From Cyanidioschyzon merolae (Eukaryota): a stretch of 64,000 bases of DNA. Under the pieces are notes generated by a model. That model had not been told where the DNA came from, ran no database searches, and saw nothing but the letters and a program-made list of their open reading frames with translations. Position numbers and translations under genes: made by a program. The stretch lies in assembly GCA_000091205.1 (NCBI GenBank), contig AP006502.2. One strand, given 5' to 3'. Numbering within the stretch: the stretch's first letter is position 1; each line of letters begins with the position of its first letter. Positions 19,804 to 30,123 of the stretch are shown here, in pieces.

Positions 19804-21606
19804 TCAGAGCGCCGCGCGCAAATGCTCTTTGCGGGCCGCTCCCGCGGAAAGTTTCTCGGCAATATGGCTGAATTGTTTCGTGTTCTGCTCAATATACTTT
19901 CGGGTAACTTGTACGAGTTCCTCTAGCTTTTCTATCCGGGACTCGTCCATACTCAGCGGCGCTACATCGGGGTTCAGACGGAAATACATATCGCGTCCAT
20001 GCGTCAGATCCAGGATCGCGTGGTGCACAGCCTCGGTATCGGTCGCGCTGCTCAACAGGGTGCGCGCCAACTCAAAGATGCTATCACCACTGGAGCCGGC
20101 AGTGGCTACTCGCTGGTTTGGCTCGCTCACGAGACGCGGATCGCAACGCCCGGTTCCAACACTTACCAACACATCAATCGGTAGGTCTGGCCAGAGCAGC
20201 TTGGCCTCGTGGCACGCAATAGCCGTCGGGTTGTTCACCAGGATTGCTCCGTCACAGAACGTTTCGCTGCCGCAGCGGAAAGCGTCGAAGTAGGTCGGTG
20301 CTGCTGATGTCGCGCGCAAGGCCTCGTACACGCGATGGTGGGCTGCATATCGATACCTCGGCTTCGATTCGGGTGGCGGGGCGTAATTTGTATGAAGAAA
20401 CGGGGCCGCGGGATTCTCACTTACAATCGTCGAGACACAGAATACGCACGGCGGATCGTCAGCGATATGCGCTACTGCCCGCGAATCAATGAGGTTCATT
20501 TCACCGGCGAACGCTCGAAAGAAGCGCTCGAGCGCCGCGCTGTCGTAGTAGCCACGACTGAAAAGGAGGCGACCCATGCCCAACCAGCGAACAGCTCGAC
20601 TGGTGGGCGTGCTGAAAACCTTGCCACAAAACTCCCTGTAGAGAAGTTCGCACTCTGCGAGGGATTTGCGAGCGATGCAGAGGGCCACGGCCAAGATACC
20701 GCCGGCTGAGGTACCAGCAACGAGGTCGAATAGCTGGTGGATAGGTTGTCCGGTGCGTCGTTCCAGCTCTTTGAGGATTTCAATCGAGACAAGAGCTCGG
20801 GCGCCGCCGCCGTCCAGCGTGAGTATCCGGATACCGTGCGGGCGAGGTCGTCGGAACAAGTTCGGGAGCCTGCCGAAGATGCGCTCGCGCGCCGCTCGTC
20901 CATGATCACCGTAGCGACGCTCGAGGCCAAGTGCTGCTACCAGCCGTCGACAAGCAGCAGTTACACGATGTGCACCGAGCAACTTCAGTTTCGGTGTTGG
21001 CGCGTCCGTGCCCGATGCATTTCGATGCGCTGCCGTTGGCTTGACCAGGAACTCTTTTGACGGAGTTTCCTGAAGGATGCGATCCAAACGCTGAACAATA
21101 CCACTCGTTGCGACGATGAGCAACGCAAACTCTCGATCACATGCGGCAATCGTGCCGAGACAGAGGGCGCTGCTCTCGACGCAGTTTGCGTCAGCGGCAG
21201 CGGCGAATATCCTGCAGAACTGTTGGAGCAGGGCACTGCGACCCACCTGATGCAACGTATCCGATTGGCACCAGTTGAGAATCGTGTGCGCGTGGCTCAA
21301 AGCCGGCGCCAGGAGCCTTTCATGGATACGAGACTGGGTACCTCCAAGTGGTCGGCGTTCGTGGGTAAGGTTTGGAGGAATGCCGTCCCCCGCGTGTCCA
21401 ATAAGAGCAGAAAAGCAGCGATCAAGCAACGCGAAACCGCAAGAGCTGACGAAAGCAGCTAGTAAGCTCCTATCCCCGCCGACCACAAGCTGTGCCGTAT
21501 CCGAGAGCACTGTTAAAAACTGGCGAACTGTTTCTATATGCCACTCTGGTGTGTCGCGAAGTCGCGAGAGCTCCCGCCGCACACGCCTGCAATCGTTGCC
21601 CGGCAT
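19804..21606 (-). CDS. patatin-like phospholipase with ~300-aa N-terminal region
   Basis: ILTLDGGGARALVSIEILKELERRTGQPIHQLFDLVAGTSAGGILAVAL carries the patatin oxyanion hole DGGG and the GTSAG serine-lipase motif; listed start 21792 is TTG, first ATG 21606. Confidence 0.7.
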   Translation of the reverse strand: MPGNDCRRVRRELSRLRDTPEWHIETVRQFLTVLSDTAQLVVGGDRSLLAAFVSSCGFALLDRCFSALIGHAGDGIPPNLTHERRPLGGTQSRIHERLLAPALSHAHTILNWCQSDTLHQVGRSALLQQFCRIFAAAADANCVESSALCLGTIAACDREFALLIVATSGIVQRLDRILQETPSKEFLVKPTAAHRNASGTDAPTPKLKLLGAHRVTAACRRLVAALGLERRYGDHGRAARERIFGRLPNLFRRPRPHGIRILTLDGGGARALVSIEILKELERRTGQPIHQLFDLVAGTSAGGILAVALCIARKSLAECELLYREFCGKVFSTPTSRAVRWLGMGRLLFSRGYYDSAALERFFRAFAGEMNLIDSRAVAHIADDPPCVFCVSTIVSENPAAPFLHTNYAPPPESKPRYRYAAHHRVYEALRATSAAPTYFDAFRCGSETFCDGAILVNNPTAIACHEAKLLWPDLPIDVLVSVGTGRCDPRLVSEPNQRVATAGSSGDSIFELARTLLSSATDTEAVHHAILDLTHGRDMYFRLNPDVAPLSMDESRIEKLEELVQVTRKYIEQNTKQFSHIAEKLSAGAARKEHLRAAL

Positions 21607-21885
21607 TTTCTGCCCGCAGAACGAGGAACTCACACGGCCTACTACCAGCTGCCGTTTACATAGCGCAACTGGTAACCCAGCAAAGGCTCTTGAGTGCAGT
21701 GGTCGACCAAACTGCGCAGTGTGCAAAAGTCTCAACAACCCGTTCAGCCAGTAAAACGGGTATGCTAATGTGCCGAAGCCAAACTTTCCCAAGTGACGTT
21801 CGTGGATATATTCCCACTGGTAGCCGGTGGTCGACCACGCGCGCTAAACTTGGTACCCGAGGTCCTGTGGCGTTCCGAAGTACTC

Positions 21886-21992
21886 GCGTCGTCGTCGTCG
21901 TCAACGGAACCCAGTACACTTGTGCCTGCCTGCCTGCCTGCCTGCCTGCCTGCTTGCCTGCCTGCTTGCCTGCCTGCCTGCCTGCCTGCCTG
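21886..21992. repeat. (CGT)6 followed by (GCCT)n microsatellite (~17 units, two GCTT variants)
   Basis: cgtcgtcgtcgtcgtc ... gcctgcctgcctgcctgcctgcttgcctgcctgcttgcctgcc...; lies in the 5' flank of the patatin gene. Confidence 0.9.
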
Positions 21993-22199
21993 TCGCAGTG
22001 CTTTCGATAGGATATTGCTGGCCGAAAAAGCGCCTCCGTTGCAGAAAATGTGCCATCCCGCGCAATCTCGCACCGGATCGCGCTCGATCGTTGAAGCATG
22101 CTGGTGATTCACGTCAATGATGTGCCACATTCAGGTGCATCTCATTGTATGCTTTTTCGCAACTTTTAGCAGATACGGTCAAAGTGCGTCCACTTGAAG

Positions 22200-22650
22200 C
22201 AATAAAAAATCCAAGGGAAAGGTATGGACATGCAATTCGAGGATCCTGGAGGCTCGGTGTCGCCGAGTACCGGAGAAGAAACGGAAAAAACGTCTTCTCG
22301 CTGATCATCGAGCGAAGAAGAGCAAGCGAAGAAGAAACGGGAGATAGGCGAGAAAAAATGCGTTTGCCCGACTGAACGATAATGAGACGCTAGTGGCACT
22401 GGGGACATGAGTCCGAGCAATACTTGCAATGGTGCGTTCCACCAGAGGCAACAAACGCATGGAATTCGTGAACCGAGACTTGAATGCCGCCATCCATATC
22501 AGACGAGGAGTGGTGCTGAAGACGAGACTCGCACAGCTGATGTAATCCAGCTCTGGGGCGCAGCTTCTCAGGCTCGAAGTGTGCCCGGATCAATCGAATC
22601 CGATCGCAGGCGACCAGTCAGAAAAGGCTGGGAGTCGTTTGTAAGTGGAA
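22200..22650 (+). mobile_element. 5'-truncated TnpB/Fanzor-like copy (C-terminal RuvC-III region only), decayed
   Basis: Frame-2 translation ...AMVRSTRGNKRMEFVNRDLNAAIHIRRGVVLKTRLAQLM*; nucleotide homology to 46720..47185 begins at aaaatccaagggaa(a/g)ggtatgga. Confidence 0.55.
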
Positions 22651-23837
22651 AAGTGTTTACCCTCCGTGATCGTGGGACGTTTTCCGTTCTACTGGCGATA
22701 TGTGGCAGCTCTGACTGACATCTTCTTGACTCAAAAGGGTCTGTATGCGTTGATGGCGTTGGAGCAGGCGCGCTCGCCTGGTATTTGATATCCGGGGGAT
22801 CGAGTGACGAATATCTCTGGGGGGAAGCATGCCTGTTGGCTGGTGAGCCCCTTGAAGCGATGCTGCGGAACGACAGACGATCTCCCGGATGCCGATATCC
22901 AACGCGCAACTGGGCATCCCTTGTGGCTGTGAACGATTAAGCGCCCAAAAAATTTGAATGAATCCAGGATGCAATCTTTGATGCATGGGGTAGTGATATG
23001 GACGCTATGTACATCGGAGCTAGACCAAGGACTAGGGATTGTGCAGGTCGCGAAGATGCCTTGTAGAGCTGCTGAGTCGTTCCGGTGCTGGTGGTCTACA
23101 CAGAGATGCACGCCGTGCAGGACCTGAGCGCAAGCACCCGAAGCACATTTCTTCTACCTTATTAGTCGTATGGAACCTGCTTCCAATGGTGTTACGGAAT
23201 CCATGGACAGGACCTGTTCCCGGATGTGGCATTCGCCGGCTATTGGGAGAAGCGCTGCAGCGCTGCGCTTTGGGCGCGTTGCTGCGTTCTGCATCGTGCA
23301 GCGGCATTTGGGCGGGCTTCGAGCATGCTCCGACTTCCGCTGCACGAAACTCACTTGTCAAGGGTTGCCATAATTTTTTTAGTACTTCCTTGCATCTGTT
23401 ACGTCACGGTGAGTCTCGACGCAAACGTTGCCGGTGCGTCTTCCAGCCGTTGGAAGCGGCTTCGGGCTTGCCGATCGTCCGAAACGACTCCCGCCCGACA
23501 AGTCGTTTGAAGTTTTGCTCGCAAACCAATTCGCCAGAGCGATCCGTTGCTGGTTTCAGCTCGCAGAACGAGCCAGCGGATAGCGACTTGGTCGACAAGT
23601 GGCCTCGTTTTGAGCGTACCAGCGTTGGCTTTGACACACCCGTCCATGCACGTGCCATTCGCTTTCTCACGATGAAAATCTATGTACTCGTCGTTGACGC
23701 GGCCATAGACCATCATCTGGACTGCGCGTTGGTTCGGGCGTATCACTGTGGAGAAGCCTTCAAGATACACCCGATGGCGATTTTATTGCTTTTCCTACTT
23801 GGAAACTGCGAGACCAAGCGATACGACCTTTGTTCAT

Positions 23838-25007
23838 TTAGGTTTCAACCTCGACGGCCACCATGTTGTACGCCTCCTCACGTTGCTTGTCGAAGAGCGC
23901 CGAGGTCAAGTAGCGTTCACCGAACGATGGAATGATGACGACGATATTCTTGCCTTTCATCTCGGGTCGCCGACCAAGCTCGAGCGCCGCAACCACAGCA
24001 GCCCCACTGGAGATACCACACAGAAGACCTTCTTCAACTGCGAGACGTCGTGCCATTTCAATTGAATCCATGCTCGTAACCTGTTTCACCTCGTTGTATA
24101 TCTTGGTGTCCAAAATTCCTGGAACGAAACCAGCTCCAATGCCTTGTATTTTGTGCGGGCCCGGTCGGCCGCCACTGAGCACCGGTGACTCCGCCGGCTC
24201 TACCGCCATGATATAGACATGCGGGTTTTGCTCGCGCAGGTAACGGCCAGCACCAGTAACCGTGCCACCGGTCCCGACTCCAGCGACAAAAGCATCCACC
24301 TTGCCACCGGTTGCGGCCCATATCTCAGGCCCAGTTGTCTCGTAGTGCGCCTTCGGGTTATCCGGATTATTGAATTGTTGAAGCATGTACGCATTTGGAG
24401 TGGTGTGAAACAACTGCTCGGCTTTGGCAACAGCTCCTTTCATTCCTTTGGCGGCTGGCGTGAGTACCACTTCGGCGCCGAAAGCGCGCAGCACCATTCG
24501 CCGCTCTATGGACATAGAGTCTGGCATCGTCAGAATCAGACGGTAACCACGAGCTGCAGCGAGATATGCCAGGGCAATTCCCGTATTGCCTGATGTTGGT
24601 TCGATGAGCACCGTTTTTCCGGGCTGGATGTCGCCCCGCTTTTCAGCCTCGACGATCATGTACTTGCCGATCCGATCTTTTACGGACGAGCAGGGCTCCA
24701 TGGACTCCAGCTTACATAGTATATGCGCTTGGACCCCCTCCTCTTCCGGAATTTTCTTGAGCTCCACAATCGGTGTATTCCCGACTAGATCGGACACGTC
24801 GCGAGCCAACGCGACCGAGGGTGGCGCAGTCAAGGCCAGCTGCACGCGCTGGCGAGCACGCGGTGAACGACGAGCGTATCCGAGAATCCTGGTCTGCTCG
24901 GGCTTCGCCCGCACAAACGTACTATTCTTTTTTCGATTCCGGAGAGTAGCTTGCGCAGCTTTGAGTGAACACGGCACCAGAACGTACATTGCGTTAGACA
25001 CAAGCAT
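23838..25007 (-). CDS. cysteine synthase / O-acetylserine (thiol)-lyase (PLP-dependent, CysK family) with ~60-aa N-terminal extension
   Basis: [27 protein letters not shown]...[10 protein letters not shown]...GTGGT; the PLP lysine is in SVKDR; ATG at 25007 verified. Confidence 0.85.
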   Translation of the reverse strand: MLVSNAMYVLVPCSLKAAQATLRNRKKNSTFVRAKPEQTRILGYARRSPRARQRVQLALTAPPSVALARDVSDLVGNTPIVELKKIPEEEGVQAHILCKLESMEPCSSVKDRIGKYMIVEAEKRGDIQPGKTVLIEPTSGNTGIALAYLAAARGYRLILTMPDSMSIERRMVLRAFGAEVVLTPAAKGMKGAVAKAEQLFHTTPNAYMLQQFNNPDNPKAHYETTGPEIWAATGGKVDAFVAGVGTGGTVTGAGRYLREQNPHVYIMAVEPAESPVLSGGRPGPHKIQGIGAGFVPGILDTKIYNEVKQVTSMDSIEMARRLAVEEGLLCGISSGAAVVAALELGRRPEMKGKNIVVIIPSFGERYLTSALFDKQREEAYNMVAVEVET

Positions 25008-25699
25008 ATAACACCCGGAAATCCATGGACGATGCGCGAGCCGAGATTCTCAACGAGAGCGCAGCTCGAGGGGTCGCCGCCTGCGCTCGAGCGAAGCGCT
25101 CAAAAAGCTGTACGCAAATACGCAGTTCATGAGGCGTTCTTTAGTGGGCCTTGATGCGGACTGTCAAGGTATTCGGTTCCCTATTTGTTTCGTGTGCAGG
25201 GCCAATGTACATGATTTTTTCTAAAACGACTGTTGCTCGCTTTTCTGGTCAGAGCTTCCATATGCTGCTTACACTGGAGAAGCGAGCACTTTTGTAACCA
25301 GGTTCAACTGGAGCGACCCGCTCGCCGTGAACCTGGAAATATCTCCAGCTTTAGCCTAGTACTTTTCGGCGGTTGAATGGCATGGTTTCTGTATACTTTC
25401 GCTGAAGTTAAAGAGGCGGACTGCTTACCCATGCTTTGTCTGCAATAACAAGTTGGATCTTTTCAGGAGTTTCGCGCTGGAATCCATCTGCTTCTTTCCG
25501 TATTCGGCATGCCGCCACATAACCGGAGGCAACGTCATGTCGACCGTTTTAGAGTTTGTGTAAAAGAAGTCGCATGAGATCGCAACCATGGATGTGGTTC
25601 CATTGGAACCGGCAGAGAAGATACCGAGGTGTCTCAGCGACGCGCATACGATCCACACGTCGATATCGTCGGTGAAACAAACAATGCCCCACGACCATG

Positions 25700-26640
25700 G
25701 AGGGTCAATATATGAACATTCACAGGCGCTTCCCAGCCTTTTTCACGGTTGGCCTGCTATCGGTTTCAATTTCTCACTGCGCACTTGGAGCTTGTGAGGC
25801 TGTACCACGAAGTTAGATCGCGTCGACTCCTCGAGTCTCGTCTTCAGCACCCTACATCTCCTGATTTTGATGGAAATGTTGAAGTCTCGGTTTTCGAACT
25901 CCAAGCTTGTCTTGCCGCTGGTTCTACTTGCCAATGCATGGTGTCCTCGAATACGTGCCCTCGGTGCCATTTGCTGTTCTGTCAGCTCTCCGTGCTTTTC
26001 TATCGTCGAAGCGCTCCGCTGCCTTCTCTTCTATCCCAAACCTCTGAAGTGTAAACCACAGCTCATCCCGTATTTGTTTCTAAAATGAACCCACTTCCTA
26101 GTGCCCTTTGGTGTGGACCTTCCCTGAGGGGGACACGCTTGCGGCACAAAGGCGGAATAGACACCGTCCTGGTCGCGTGCCGAAAGCTTCTGTGAGTCGC
26201 CCAGTGGCGCGATCATTACGTTTCAGGATACAGAACGCTCCTTCGGTGACGTTGAACCACGGAGAGTATGGAGCAATGGAAAGCAACTCTACCTCCCAAT
26301 AGCATCGGCAAAAGCTTGCACGCAATAAAAATGGTGAAATGGCGCGTTGTCGTCTGGAAAGACGTCTCCAGACGTGGGGAGAAGGGTCTTCAATGATTCG
26401 GCAAAGTGGGTGTTGTTGTATGAGCCTTCCCTACGAGCGAAACTGAGGCCGTCAAATATATCCACTGCAGCTGGAGCCGATGATGATGCCTTAGCTCTTT
26501 TCGAGTTCGATCGTACATACAACGGACCCCCTGCTCCGCGAGTACCCATATACGCCCCGACCGTATCGCTCGGACGAAGTCTCACTGACTGGCAAAACAA
26601 ACTGACGTCACTTTGCTTCATATCGATCGTGACATTCCAG
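25700..26640 (-). mobile_element. 5'-truncated TnpB/Fanzor-like copy, decayed (frameshifts between three ORF pieces)
   Basis: ORFs 26289..26621 (..VGAYMGTRGAGGPLY..), 26098..26325 (..SPWFNVTEGAF..) and 25743..25970 (..SLEFENRDFNISIKIRRCRVLKTRLEESTRSNF..) are collinear with the 46240..47185 copy. Confidence 0.55.
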
Positions 26641-27827
26641 GAATTCTCCAGTCGTAATTTCGGTGGAAGATAGCCGTGATTGAACTAGGACGCTTTTGTG
26701 CCAGGCTCCTAGAGTTTACAGGTCCACACGGACAAGCGGTTGAATAACAGAGACGCCCATGATGGCTTCTATACTCGCTTCAGCTTTCCATAAGCTCATC
26801 AACGGTTCGTTTTCTATCATTGACCTCAATCGCGCTTTGAGAATATCGGTTTCTGGCGCGGAACGCATAGCCTTCTTCTTGTCGGTGTTCCTCGAGTATC
26901 TGATTACTATGGTATGACGGACCTGAAGCAGGAATGCAGTCCTCCTTCCATTGTCCAGTAAAGAGCAAATATCCAATAGGCAAGTGCTCTACGATCTATA
27001 CGATATACTGCTTTGTGATTTCGATCTCCTGCTGGAGACTGCGAAAAAGCATGTGATGCCATGCAGCGGGGCGACGGAACAGAGTTGAGTTGGAAGACTA
27101 TTCGATGGACGGGCGTTCAATCTCCAAAGGCTTTTTGCTGCATATCCCAGCAGCTAGCTCATAGACTTGGATCTGTATCGAAGTTTTGGAGGGTTTCACG
27201 GAGAACGCTTGAACGCTGCAGGCACAGAGCGGGCATAGAACTCCACGAGAGAGACTATCGAGACGAGGTGTGATAAATCGCGTAGCGCCGCTCTTCCACA
27301 ACATCGGCAATATCATTTTGCAACACAGCGAACGGCAATTGAGGCAGTTTTTTGTGTCAGTCGTGTATCTTCCATGTAAAGCCTTTGCAGGATATCGGTT
27401 TGCCATGAGTCGCTAGCACGGGGCGTTGTCCACGACGGCCGAGCTTGACTTGAGGCGCGCCGGCTCTCGTTTGCTGGCCCTTGATTAATACTGAAGCGCG
27501 GTCAACTCGCAATCATCGTGCAAGCATAAAATCCACCCGTGAATTGATAGCGCTGTTCCTGAATTGAGATATTTTCCGAACGTTTCATAAAATGGACAGC
27601 GACGAATTCATGTTGCATCAATATGGGCTTACGGGTGAAAAAGATTTTTTAGGATTCTTTCTCGTCTCTTTGAGATATGGCGCCTTCGACGCTTTGCGGC
27701 TGGAATTCGTTCGGTCGTCGGAATCTGGATGATTTGCGACCTCATTGAGAGGATTCGTTAAGGAACCAAAATCATCATCCAATGCATACGTACAATCCTC
27801 TACTCTTCCTCTTTCGTACCGCGTAGC

Positions 27828-28502
27828 ATGCTACAATCACGCTTTTTCCACGTTTCGATCTCCGGTTTCAAGGCAGCTCGAGCGCCCAGCAATCGCCAGC
27901 GTCGTATTGAGCAGGAGAAATACCCGACGTCGTCTCTGAACCACTGGTTCACAAGCTCATGCCCCAAGGTCACTGAGACTGTCGCTTCAAATACTCGAGC
28001 CGTTCGAAACGCAAATCCTATTCTCAGTGTGGCCCACGGTGAGACCGCATTCCACATCAGCTTGATGCATCCTGCCGGGCATGCAGCCAGAGGCTTCCAT
28101 CTCTTCCGTTTGCGTGGAAACGTGTCTCGTACTGGGGCTTGCGTCACCGCAGCGATCGCTCTCGGTGGCAACTGCGTCAGAGCTCTGCCAGAGCCAAGCC
28201 TGGACAGAACGACGTTTCTCGACTTGATATGCAGCGTGGATTTCCGCTTCCGAGCATTGCTCTATGATGGACAGCAGCGCGTTCCAGAAACTCTCTATCG
28301 AATGGAGCAACGTGTGCTTGCGTGTGTAGCGGACAGCGTACGCGCCGAGTGCGTGGCCCCGAAAGAGCCCGTGATCGTGGGCTGCGGCACTGGGCGCTTA
28401 AACAGAGGAGAGCATCATGGTAGCCGCTGTGTCCATCAAGCGCATGTACCGGGCGACGAACTAAGCGTTTGTCGCGCCACCGGGCGGCGATCGGAGGAAT
28501 AG
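27828..28502 (+). CDS. R-unit ORF-A, 224 aa, unknown family (conserved C-terminal motif V-I/C-V-G-x-G-T-G-R-x-N-R-G-x-H-x-G-S)
   Basis: ATG verified at 27828. Same frame gives similar proteins in diverged copies D1/D2 with Ser agc/tcg and Arg cga/aga codon-family switches. Confidence 0.6.
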   Translation: MLQSRFFHVSISGFKAARAPSNRQRRIEQEKYPTSSLNHWFTSSCPKVTETVASNTRAVRNANPILSVAHGETAFHISLMHPAGHAARGFHLFRLRGNVSRTGACVTAAIALGGNCVRALPEPSLDRTTFLDLICSVDFRFRALLYDGQQRVPETLYRMEQRVLACVADSVRAECVAPKEPVIVGCGTGRLNRGEHHGSRCVHQAHVPGDELSVCRATGRRSEE

Positions 28503-28565
28503 GTTTGAAGGACATACGGGAACACCTGACCATGCCATAGTGTCGCTGCTGTAAAGGATGCACCA

Positions 28566-28722
28566 AGGCTGTATACGAGAAAGAGTCGTAGATCGCAACT
28601 TTTGCCTTTACACGAAACGCATTTGCAACAGCCGGAAACAGGGAAATCGGGACTTGAGTGCTGCCTTCATCCTCCTCCGAATACTGACAACGGCATTGGA
28701 GGAACTGAGAAGAGTGGCGAAT
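28566..28722 (-). CDS. R-unit ORF-B conserved segment (antisense, in unit tail): ...QFLQCRCQYSEEDEGSTQVPISLFPAVANAFRVKAKVAIYDSFSYTA...; no in-frame ATG upstream (stop at 28723-28725), so start or exon structure unresolved
   Basis: Codon-wise comparison with the D1 segment shows at least 8 third-position synonymous differences (gtc/gta, tcc/tcg, ccg/cca, gca/gct, gcg/gca, gca/gct, atc/att, tct/tcc); homologous peptide also in D2 and R3. Confidence 0.4.
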
Positions 28723-29337
28723 TTACACCCGGAGATAAACGAGAGGAAAAGGAAGCAGCCGCAGAACAACCCGCAAAGTGTGATGTAATTGATAATGGGA
28801 AGAGGCCCAAACCTTAGATTGTGTATCAGTGTTTGTGGTCCGGTTACTTTTCTTTCTGACATGAGCGTACACGGCCGGTCCGATGCGAGTATTCGATGCC
28901 TTCCAACGATCGAGTACAGCGATGTTGCGTTTCGGGATTCCAGCTGGGTAGCGCCGACGGCATGGCACTTCCGCATCGATGCACCATCTCGTGAAGCATC
29001 AAAGAACAGATGCCTCCTTGTTCGGACAGATCTCATCACTTATTCGTTCGCTTTGACGAACACCCTCAAGGAATATGGCGGATGCCCGTCACATGCCAAC
29101 AGCTCTTGGCAGACAACAAGTCGTAGATCACGGCGGAAGTGCAGAGCATCGGAATACCACGAGCAACGCCAGTTGCTATGGTACATTGCGGACTCGCACC
29201 TCCGCTACGACGTTGCCCTATGTGCGCCAATGCCGCTGATTCGCCTCGAGCACTGCTGATATGGAAGCCTGCTACATTGCTCAGCGAGTTACGCGACAAA
29301 ATCATATCGAAACACAAAGCGGAGCCAGAGGCGACGA

Positions 29338-30123
29338 TCACGCAGCCAGCACCGCCGGATCCAACAGAGTCTCTATCTGCGGAAAGAGCTTCCGCAACAC
29401 TACGATGGTTTCCCCTGGATTCTGAACAGCGTACCCCTCAACTCTTGGATGCGAGAATATTTCCCAGTCGTTGCCCCCCTCAAAGCACTTGTCACCGATG
29501 AAAACAATCCGAGAATATTCCTTTTCAGGTAGGAACCGCAGCGCGTACTCTTTGGTCCATCCCTGTGGCATCACATCAAATGATATCTGGCCACCTATCG
29601 AGTATACGAAATTCAAGTGCTTGAAACGCTCCCGAAGATGCTCGATCATCTGCTCTCGTATGTGGTGTTCTTTGTCGTAGGCCTCGAACTCGTCTCGTTC
29701 CGCCTGAGAACAGTTCCGTCCAATCGGGCTTATATTAAGCATCCCGGTACGAAACTCGATAAACGTGCCTCTTTTCTGTGGAATCTTCAAGTCAGCTATA
29801 TAGTGCAGGCAAAAGTTGATAAACTCTTGCAGCTTCGCCTCGCCCACGGCCTCAAGCAGCGACGTCGACGCTAACAGCTCTCCGTGTTGGAACGTTTTCA
29901 GCCCGTTTTCTGCAAAAACATAGTCCACTTCTTTAAGAATTTCAGCGCCCAACTGCTCTTCGATCAGCCCTATTCGAGAGCCGCCAATGAAACCTACCGC
30001 AACCACCTGCAACAGCGCTCGGAGCACTGCGAGCACTTTCGTCGTTACTCGGTTCCGCGGTTTCGTGAGCGTTCCATCCACGTCAAAGAGTACTATCGTT
30101 CGAGAATCTTTGACTGTGGACAT
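29338..30123 (-). CDS. PMM: phosphomannomutase (eukaryotic PMM, HAD superfamily)
   Basis: MSTVKDSRTIVLFDVDGTLTKPRN (HAD motif I DVDGT) and full-length PMM similarity; ATG verified at 30123. Confidence 0.9.
   Translation of the reverse strand: MSTVKDSRTIVLFDVDGTLTKPRNRVTTKVLAVLRALLQVVAVGFIGGSRIGLIEEQLGAEILKEVDYVFAENGLKTFQHGELLASTSLLEAVGEAKLQEFINFCLHYIADLKIPQKRGTFIEFRTGMLNISPIGRNCSQAERDEFEAYDKEHHIREQMIEHLRERFKHLNFVYSIGGQISFDVMPQGWTKEYALRFLPEKEYSRIVFIGDKCFEGGNDWEIFSHPRVEGYAVQNPGETIVVLRKLFPQIETLLDPAVLAA

Larger units (their letters stand above)
27762..28820 (+). repeat. R-unit copy R2 (two-ORF ~1.05-kb unit)
   Basis: Near-identical to R3 from the conserved upstream block through ~115 bp past the ORF-A stop; 3' tail then ~65-75% similar to R3 but near-identical to R1. 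Confidence 0.85.
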
